From contig JAIXPH010000002.1 in the NCBI GenBank assembly GCA_027486345.1, positions 23,851 through 87,850 of the forward strand: a stretch of 64,000 nt of DNA, given 5' to 3'. The translations under genes were made by a program, and so were the position numbers. Shown here piece after piece: positions 39,201-46,104 of this stretch. Each line of letters starts with the position of its first letter. Position 1 is the first letter of the stretch. The notes under the pieces were generated by a model. It saw only the letters and a program-made list of their open reading frames with translations, was not told the DNA's origin and made no database searches. This stretch comes from Paracoccaceae bacterium (lineage in GTDB: Bacteria; Pseudomonadota; Alphaproteobacteria; Rhodobacterales; Rhodobacteraceae).

Positions 39201-40454
39201 ATCGACGGGGGTGATCCGACCCTCCCGCAGGCCGATATTGCCGACACGCTGGGCGATCCCTTGACTGGCAACAACGCCGATACATTGTCGGGCGGCGACG
39301 GCGACGACACGTTGCGGGGTGGCGATGACGGCGACATTCTGTTGGGCGGGGCGGACCGAGACCTGCTGGATGGTGGTGTCGATCATGACACGCTGGACGG
39401 GGGCACCGGGGCGGACAGCCTGATCGGCGGTCAGGGCAATGACTCTCTGGTTGGCGGCGCGGGGGATGACACGCTCGACGGCGGCGACGGGCGCGACACG
39501 CTGGTCGGCGGGACCGGCACCGACCGTCTGAACGGCGGGCTGGGCGCGGATGTCTTTGTTGCCGATGGCAGCACGCCGGATGTCATCACCGACTTCGATG
39601 CGGTGACGGGCATCAGCACCGGCCAGTCGGGGGCTGCGCAGGATGACAATGACTTCGTGTCGCTCGCCTCGTTCTACAATGCCGCGAGTTTGGCGGCGTG
39701 GAATGCGGCCAATCCCGGCCAACGCTTTGACTCGGCGCTGGACTTCCTGCGCGCCGATCAGGCCGACGGCATCCTGCAGCAGGCGGGCGGACTGGTTGTG
39801 CAAAGCGGCGGTGCGGCCGTGGCGGCGGCGCTGCTCAACACCGAAAACACCGGCGTCGTCTGCTTCACCCGTGGCACCCGCATCCTGACCGCCGATGGCG
39901 AGCGTCCGATCGAGACGCTGTCCTCCGGTGATCTGGTCCTGACGCTGGACCATGGCTATCAGCCGATCCGCTGGATCGGGTCCACCACGGTTGCGGCAGA
40001 GGGAAAGTGCGCCCCCATCCGGATCGAGGCGGGTGTCTTGGGCAACCACAGCCCGCTGCGCGTCAGTCCCCAGCATCGGATGTTGCTTGCGGGCTGGGAG
40101 GCCGAGTTGCTTTACGACGCGGCCGAGGTGCTCGTGGCGGCCAAGATGCTGGTCAATGATCAGACCATCCGCCGCGATGAGGGTGGCATGGTGGAGTATT
40201 TCCACATGCTCTTCGATGGCCATGAGGTGATCTATGCCGAAGGCGCGGCCTCGGAAAGTTTCCATCCCGGTCAGGTCGGCTGGGGCGCTTTGGCCGAGGA
40301 GGCACGGGCCGAGATCCTGTCGCTGTTCCCGCTGCTGGCAACCGGGGGGCTGGAGGCTTATGGACCCAGCGCCAGACGCGGCCTGACCGCGATGGAAGCC
40401 ACGGTGGCGGCGGAGTTCTTGCTGCGCCCCTGCCCGGCGGCGGCGGCGGAATAA
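36297..40454 (+). CDS. Large RTX-repeat (hemolysin-type Ca-binding GGxGxD) protein with C-terminal Hint (Hedgehog/intein-like) domain
   Basis: 1385-aa ORF carrying dozens of GGxGxDxL/I nonapeptide repeats in three modules. From Cys1189 (TGC at 39861) it reads [21 protein letters not shown]...[20 protein letters not shown], the Hint_2-type domain common in Rhodobacterales. No N-terminal signal peptide. Confidence 0.9.
   Translation: [1385 protein letters not shown]
37587..37698 (+). repeat. Intragenic direct repeat, copy 1 (112 bp)
   Basis: Matches 37956-38067 at 111 of 112 positions; the single difference is GATGGC versus GACGGC. The offset of 369 bp keeps the frame. It encodes [37 protein letters not shown]. 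Confidence 0.9.
37956..38067 (+). repeat. Intragenic direct repeat, copy 2 (112 bp)
   Basis: See copy 1; compared base by base by eye. Confidence 0.9.
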
Positions 40455-40460
40455 GCCCAC

Positions 40461-40517
40461 GGCAGCCCGGGCTTTCCGCCGGGCTGCCCGTCTTGGCCCT
40501 GCGCGCGGGGCCAAGAC
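40461..40517. terminator. Two adjacent GC-rich hairpins between convergent genes
   Basis: GGCAGCCCGG (40461-40470) pairs with CCGGGCTGCC (40479-40488), and GTCTTGGCC (40490-40498) pairs with GGCCAAGAC (40509-40517). They sit between the RTX-Hint stop (40454) and the VWA gene stop (40569). There are no clear U-tracts. Confidence 0.45.
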
Positions 40518-40568
40518 CGGCATTGGTCCAGACGGGCATGGGGCCGCACAAGGACACCCAGCGTCCCC

Positions 40569-41792
40569 TTACCCCAGTCGTCCCGGCAGGGTCACCAGAC
40601 GGCCGAAGGGCGGTGTGGCGGGGGCGTCCGGCACGGCCCAGATCACCGGACAGCGTGGCGCGGGGGGCACGGGCGCATCGAGATCGGTCAGGATCACCAG
40701 AATGGACGGGGTGAGAGTGTCCGCCTTGGCCAGCAGATCGGCGTAATCCGTGCCACCGCCCTGCCGCAGCGGCAGGTCGCGCAGCCCGCCCCAGGCCTGC
40801 GGGTCCAGCCGGTGATGCAGCGACACCGTGGTGTCAAAGGCCAGCAGATGCGCCTCTGCCCCGGTCCGGCGGGCGATGGATTCCGCCTCAGCCATCAGCA
40901 TGTGCAGCGTCAGCCGGTCGATGCTGGACGAGGTGTCCAGCCCGATCACCAGCCGGGGCCGATGGTCCAGCCGCGCCCGGCCCGGCTGGAAGGCGGGTGT
41001 CGGGCCGCCGGTCCGCGCCGCCTCGGCCAGACGGGCGATCCATGGGCGGGCGGGGCGACGCCACGTGTCGCGCGGCCGGTCGGTCAACGCCTGCGCCAAA
41101 AGACCCCGAAGATGCACCTCCCATGGCACGGCGCCGGGCAACAGGTCGGCAAGGATGGCGCCCAAGCGCCCGATCCCCGCGCCCGCCTTGCGCCCGGCCT
41201 CCAGCGCCCGCAGCATCTGGTTGCGCCAATCGGCGGCGGTCTGGGCCGTGCCGTCGGGGTCGGTCTCGCCTGCCGCCACATCCGGGGTGAACCCCCGCGC
41301 CCGGCCCCAGTCCCGCACCCGTCGCGCCCGTGCCGGATCGGCGTGCAGCGCCAGCGCCAGACGGTCGGCATCCCAATCAGTCAGCGCCGCAATGGCGGAG
41401 TCGCAGGCTAGTCCCGCCTCGGCCAGCACCTCGGTCAGCAGGATGGCGGGGCGCGGCAGGGCGTGACCGGCCAGCGCCAACGTTTCGTTCACGATGCCAT
41501 CGGCCGCCAGACCGAACAGCGTGGGGTCAAACTCCGGCCCCAGCCGTTCGGCCAGCGCCGCCGCCCGCGCGGAATGGCGCAAGGCGACATGCAGCACATG
41601 ATGCGCCACGGTGCCCACCTGTTCCGGCAGGCCCAGCGTGTCAAATCCGGGGGCGTAGGTGATCACCTCGCCCGCCGTGCGCGTCGCCTCCCCGTCGCGG
41701 TGGCGGCACCACAGCGACAGGACGGCCAGCGCCGGGTCCACCTCGCCCAGATGCGCCAGTGCACGGTTGGCGCGGCACGGCGCTGCGCTCAT
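40569..41792 (-). CDS. Zincin-like (DUF2201_N-type) + VWA domain protein, HHxxH variant
   Basis: I chose the start at 41792, which forms an ATGA overlap with the upstream AAA+ stop. The N-terminal part has AHHVLHVALRH ... LAADGIVNE. The C-terminal part is a VWA domain with MIDAS residues DTSSS, GGGTD and TDLD. Confidence 0.75.
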   Translation of the reverse strand: MSAAPCRANRALAHLGEVDPALAVLSLWCRHRDGEATRTAGEVITYAPGFDTLGLPEQVGTVAHHVLHVALRHSARAAALAERLGPEFDPTLFGLAADGIVNETLALAGHALPRPAILLTEVLAEAGLACDSAIAALTDWDADRLALALHADPARARRVRDWGRARGFTPDVAAGETDPDGTAQTAADWRNQMLRALEAGRKAGAGIGRLGAILADLLPGAVPWEVHLRGLLAQALTDRPRDTWRRPARPWIARLAEAARTGGPTPAFQPGRARLDHRPRLVIGLDTSSSIDRLTLHMLMAEAESIARRTGAEAHLLAFDTTVSLHHRLDPQAWGGLRDLPLRQGGGTDYADLLAKADTLTPSILVILTDLDAPVPPAPRCPVIWAVPDAPATPPFGRLVTLPGRLG

Positions 41793-42883
41793 GGCAGGCC
41801 CAGCGCCTGACGGTCGCGCGCATAATCGGCATAGGCGGCAGAGGTGGCGAAGACCGCCTCCCACCCCTGCGCCAAGGCCCGCCCGATCAAAAGCTCAAAC
41901 CCGAAGGTCGCCAGTTCCGCAACGGGCAGGCCCGTCACCGGCAGGGTCCGCAGATCGGCAAGGATTTCGATCCCCGCAGGCAAGGTTTCCCGCGTCACCG
42001 CCCCCGTCAGGCCATAGACCAGCGCCGACAGCCCGTGCAGCGAGCGCGGATACATCCTCGCGCGTTCCGCCCGCCCTGCCGCGAGCATCGCCGCGACCTG
42101 CACGGTCGCCGCAATCTCATCCGCCACCAGCGCGAATTCCGCCGCCGGGGCCAGCCCCACCGTCCCCGCGATCATCACCTGCCGCTGTGCGCGGTCGGGG
42201 ATGGCCTGCATGATCCTGCTCACCCGGCTCCAGCTGCGCGGGGTGCAGGCGATCATCTGGCCGCGCCGCAGCGCGTCTTCGGTCGTGTCCAGCAGATCCG
42301 GCCGGGTGCGGATGAAGGCCGCGACAGCGGGATGGATGCCCGCAGGCAAGGCGTAATTCCGTAGCCAGTCTTCCGCATCGGCCTGCACGGTCATGTGGAT
42401 CAGGCGGTCGGACAGGGCGCTGCCCATGTCATAGGCAATCGCGCCATCCTCGATCCGGTTGCCCGCCGCGATGACCATGACCGTATCAGGCAGCCGATGC
42501 CGCCCCACGCGGCGTTCCTGCAACAGCCCATAGACCGTGGGCTGAAGCGAGGGCGCGGCGGCGGTCAATTCATCCAGAAACAGGATGGCCGGGGCATCGC
42601 CATCGGGCAAATCCTCGGGCCGATACCAGACGGTCTTTGCCTGCGCGTGATCGTAATAGGGCAGACCGCGCAGGTCCTGGGGTTCGATGGTGGTCAGGCG
42701 CAGGTCGTAAAGCACGGCACCGATGCGCGCGGCAAGGGTCTGGACCACTTCGGTCTTTCCCACACCGGGGCGGCCATGCAGCATCCATGACGCGGTGAGT
42801 CTGCCCGACCGCTGGGCCTCCCACCCGGCGGTCAGGACGCGCAGCGCCTCTCCGGCAGATACGGTGGCGGCGTTGACGGTCAT
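41789..42883 (-). CDS. MoxR-type AAA+ ATPase
   Basis: 364 aa with Walker A GRPGVGKT, Walker B ILFLDELT, sensor-1 IAAGN and an Arg region (SALSDRLIH). Its start forms an ATGA overlap with the upstream gene. Confidence 0.8.
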   Translation of the reverse strand: MTVNAATVSAGEALRVLTAGWEAQRSGRLTASWMLHGRPGVGKTEVVQTLAARIGAVLYDLRLTTIEPQDLRGLPYYDHAQAKTVWYRPEDLPDGDAPAILFLDELTAAAPSLQPTVYGLLQERRVGRHRLPDTVMVIAAGNRIEDGAIAYDMGSALSDRLIHMTVQADAEDWLRNYALPAGIHPAVAAFIRTRPDLLDTTEDALRRGQMIACTPRSWSRVSRIMQAIPDRAQRQVMIAGTVGLAPAAEFALVADEIAATVQVAAMLAAGRAERARMYPRSLHGLSALVYGLTGAVTRETLPAGIEILADLRTLPVTGLPVAELATFGFELLIGRALAQGWEAVFATSAAYADYARDRQALGLP

Positions 42884-43569
42884 GCGCCCACCGCCTTTGC
42901 CGCCAGTGCCGCCGCCAACCGGGCATGGGCCGAGACCGCCCGCGCCTCTTGGCCGATGTCGCGCAGATACAGGCTGTCGCGGTGGTTGACGGCCAACAGG
43001 TCACGCTCGGTCAGGTCGCGGTCAAACAGGCCCGCCTGCAGGAGGGCGCGATCCTCTCCGGACAACGACAGCAGGCGTGGTTCGGGACGGTCCGTCTGGA
43101 CCGAAACAAAGGTCAGGGGCGGCAGACGCGCCAGTTCGGATTGTTCGATGACCAAGCGCAATTCCCCTTCCATGATGCCCTGCCGGGCGGCGATGCCCCG
43201 CAGACAGGCCCGCGCGCGGAACACCAGCGTATCCAGTCGGCGGGCCGCCTGATCCGGCGTGGCCTGCCGGGCGCGCGCGGCCTTGGTCAGGCGCAAGAGC
43301 CTGAGTTCGACCAGCGCGATCACGATCAACATGATCAGCGGCGCCTGCGAGATGGTTAGCGCCATGTCCCGCCGCATCAGCGGCACCAGCATGAACGGGG
43401 CCAGCGCCAGCATGTAGCGCAGGAACTGGATCTCCGCGATCAGGCGCAGCCACAGGCCGACACCGCCCCGGCGCGGGATCAGCATCGCCCGGCCAAAGAA
43501 TCGCTTCGGCAGGCTGCGCGTCTCCAGCACGCCCCGGTTGACGATGGTCGCATCAGTGATGATCAGCAT
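42880..43569 (-). CDS. Hypothetical membrane protein (two predicted TM helices), first gene of the MoxR/VWA operon
   Basis: 229 aa with hydrophobic segments FLRYMLALAPFMLVPLM and APLIMLIVIALVELRLL, followed by an Arg/Leu/Ala-rich soluble C-terminal half. I recognise no motif. Confidence 0.6.
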   Translation of the reverse strand: MLIITDATIVNRGVLETRSLPKRFFGRAMLIPRRGGVGLWLRLIAEIQFLRYMLALAPFMLVPLMRRDMALTISQAPLIMLIVIALVELRLLRLTKAARARQATPDQAARRLDTLVFRARACLRGIAARQGIMEGELRLVIEQSELARLPPLTFVSVQTDRPEPRLLSLSGEDRALLQAGLFDRDLTERDLLAVNHRDSLYLRDIGQEARAVSAHARLAAALAAKAVGA

Positions 43570-44041
43570 GGCATCCTGTCCGTTTTGCCCAAGCTAGTCC
43601 CCGCGACCCGGATGGCAAACGGCGCGGCGGCCAAGCCTTGTGCGGCCGTCGGAAAGGGCAGCCCGCCTTGCGGCACCGTCAGCGGCGCGGGCACGCGGGC
43701 GAAAGGAAGGTTCGGGCCGCTGGGTCGGCCTGCAAGACAGGGCGGAACCCGACGATTCGTCCGATGCGACGGGTGGGCGTACACCGGTCCCCGCCCCGAT
43801 GGCGCGCCAGAGCCGCCCACCCCCGCCCGTTGGGCCGCAATCCCGCGCATCACCCGGAATGCCACATCGGTCGGGCGGACTGTGTGGCCCAAGCCTGCGG
43901 ACGCTGACAAGAAGGTGTGAAGGTCCAGCTCGCAAGGCCGGTCCGCCAGTCGCCGCACCTGCGCCCCGCCATCCAGCGGCAGGCGCAATGACAAAAGCCC
44001 CAACATCGTTGAGGGTGCCACAATCGCGATCAGGTTTATGT

Positions 44042-44117
<76 letters not shown>

Positions 44118-44183
44118 ACCGGGTTATCGAAGCATCATGGGTGTTTCGCTTCGATGCCGGGTGTTTATGCGGGGGCGCGGCGG

Positions 44184-44211
44184 GGTGCAAGAGGTAATTT
44201 GCACCTTTTTT
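44184..44211 (+). terminator. Plus-strand intrinsic terminator with no plus-strand gene upstream
   Basis: GGTGCAA (44184-44190) pairs with TTGCACC (44199-44205) across an 8-nt loop, followed by TTTTTT (44206-44211). On the minus strand the hairpin has no U-tract after it. Confidence 0.5.
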
Positions 44212-44230
44212 CACGCCCCGGCAAAACCTG

Positions 44231-44566
44231 TCAGACTTCCTCTTCGTCGCCTGCGACATCTGCCAGATCGTCGAGCGAGACGTTGTCATCCGCGTCGTCT
44301 TCCAGCAGATCATCATCCAGTTCCGCGTCATCGGCGACGCCGGTTTCCAGCAGATCGTCGTCGGCTTCCAGATCGTCGACCAGAACGTCGTCGTCCTTTT
44401 CCGGCAAGACACGGCTGATGACCGCGGCGGCCATCTTGCGACGGGCAGTTTCGATATCGACCACTTCGCCGGTGTAGGGCGAAACGATCGGCGAGCGGTT
44501 CAGGTCATAAAAGCGCTTCCCGGTCGTCGGGCAAATGCGCTTCGTGCCCCATTCTTCCTTGGGCAT
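44231..44566 (-). CDS. FYDLN_acid (TIGR02300-type) zinc-ribbon protein with acidic tail
   Basis: I chose the start at 44566 (MPKEEWGTKRICPTTGKRFYDLN...). The C-terminal half is an Asp/Glu/Leu-rich acidic repeat region. Confidence 0.8.
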   Translation of the reverse strand: MPKEEWGTKRICPTTGKRFYDLNRSPIVSPYTGEVVDIETARRKMAAAVISRVLPEKDDDVLVDDLEADDDLLETGVADDAELDDDLLEDDADDNVSLDDLADVAGDEEEV

Positions 44567-44723
44567 GTCGGTCCCCTCAAGGCTGGCGGTGTCCAGAATT
44601 GCAGTCGCTTGCCACAAGCATGGGCGGGTGTCAAAGGCTTTCGGTGCCACAACAGTGGCCCTTATCGACTGGCAAGTGTCGTCAGCAATTGGCTATGCTG
44701 CGCCTGATTTGCAAGAGGTTTCG

Positions 44724-45422
44724 ATGCCCGTCCTGCCCGGATCGTCCCCAGACCTGCCCCCGGTCGAGATCACGCTGCGCCGGTCGGCCCGGGCGCGGCG
44801 GTTTTCGCTGCGGGTGTCGCGGCTGGATGGGCGGGTCACGCTGTCCCTGCCGCTGCGCGCGCGCGACTCCGAGGCGATGGCCTTTGCCCGCGCGCAGGAG
44901 CGTTGGATTCGCGACACCCTCGCCCAGATGCCGCGACAGGCGGGGGTGGGTCTGGGTGTGACAGTTCCGGTGGAGGGGCGGTTGCTGACGCTGGTGGCCG
45001 GGCCGGGACGTGGCGTGCGGATCGACGGGGACCGGATGCTTGTGCCCGGCGATCCGGCGCAGGCTGGGGTACGGGCGGGGGCGTTCCTCAAGGCACTGGC
45101 GCGGGAGCGTTTGGTGGCGGCATCGGACCGCTATGCCGCACTGATCGGGCGCAAGGTCACGCGGGTGACGCTGCGGGACACGCGGTCACGCTGGGGGTCC
45201 TGCGCGCATGACGGGGCCTTGATGTATTCGTGGCGGCTGGTGATGGCCCCGCCATCCGTGCTGGATTACGTCGCCGCGCATGAGGTGGCGCATATGCTGG
45301 AGATGAACCACTCCGCCGATTTCTGGGCGGTGGTGGAGCGGCTCTATCCACGCTGGCAGCCGCAGCGCAAATGGCTGCATGATGAGGGTCAGGCGCTGCA
45401 CGCCTATCGCTTCGGGGATTGA
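44724..45422 (+). CDS. YgjP-like (DUF45) metal-dependent hydrolase
   Basis: I chose the start at 44724 (MPVLPGS...). An HEVAHMLEMNH zincin motif lies near the C-terminus. Confidence 0.8.
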   Translation: MPVLPGSSPDLPPVEITLRRSARARRFSLRVSRLDGRVTLSLPLRARDSEAMAFARAQERWIRDTLAQMPRQAGVGLGVTVPVEGRLLTLVAGPGRGVRIDGDRMLVPGDPAQAGVRAGAFLKALARERLVAASDRYAALIGRKVTRVTLRDTRSRWGSCAHDGALMYSWRLVMAPPSVLDYVAAHEVAHMLEMNHSADFWAVVERLYPRWQPQRKWLHDEGQALHAYRFGD

Positions 45423-45453
45423 TAATCGCCGCGCGGGGTGGTTGGCTTGCCCC

Positions 45454-46104
45454 ATGCCGATCACACCCCGCCTGACCGACCCCAACGCCGCCGCGCATGA
45501 GCGCGTCTATCGCACGCTGCGCCAGCAGGTGATGCACGGCGAACTGCCGCCCGGCCACGCCATGACGCTGCGCGGCATCGGCGCGCAGTTTGACGTGTCG
45601 ATGACCCCGGCACGCGAGGCGGTGCGGCGCTTGGTGGCTGAGGGCGCGTTGACGCTGTCCTCTTCGGGGCGGATCTCCACGCCGGAACTGACGCCGGAAC
45701 GGATCGAAGAGTTGGCTGCGATTCGCGCGATGCTGGAACCGGAAATGGCCGCCCGCGCCCTGCCCCGCGCGCATTTCGCGCTGATCGAACGCCTTGCCGC
45801 GATCAATGCGCTGAACGCGGAGGCCGTGGTGAAGCAGGACGCCATCGCCTATGTGCGGACCAATCTGGAGTTTCACCGCACGCTCTATCTGCGCGCCCAG
45901 ACGCCGGCGATGCTGGCCTTGTGTGAAACGGTCTGGCTGCAACTCGGCCCCACGATGCGGGCGCTTTATTCCAAGCTGCGCCGCAAGGAACCGCCGCAGC
46001 ATCACCGCATGATTCTGGCCGCGCTGAAGGCGGGGGATGAACCGGGGTTACGGCTGGCGGTCCGGACGGATGTGACGCAAGGCTTGCGCCATCTGGCCAG
46101 TTAG
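45454..46104 (+). CDS. GntR-family transcriptional regulator (FCD-type effector domain)
   Basis: I chose the start at 45454 (MPITPRL...). wHTH: TLRGIGAQFDVSMTPAREAVRRLVAEGAL. Confidence 0.8.
   Translation: MPITPRLTDPNAAAHERVYRTLRQQVMHGELPPGHAMTLRGIGAQFDVSMTPAREAVRRLVAEGALTLSSSGRISTPELTPERIEELAAIRAMLEPEMAARALPRAHFALIERLAAINALNAEAVVKQDAIAYVRTNLEFHRTLYLRAQTPAMLALCETVWLQLGPTMRALYSKLRRKEPPQHHRMILAALKAGDEPGLRLAVRTDVTQGLRHLAS

Noticed and set aside
36297-39860. Highly repetitive DNA considered as a CRISPR array or non-coding tandem repeat
   Set aside because: The repeats are in-frame GGxGxD nonapeptide codons within one continuous ORF. There is no repeat/spacer regularity and no cas genes.
37236-40523. 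1095-aa minus-strand ORF
   Set aside because: It runs antisense to the RTX-Hint gene and its repetitive Arg/Ala/Gly composition mirrors the sense GGxGxD repeats. There is no independent support.
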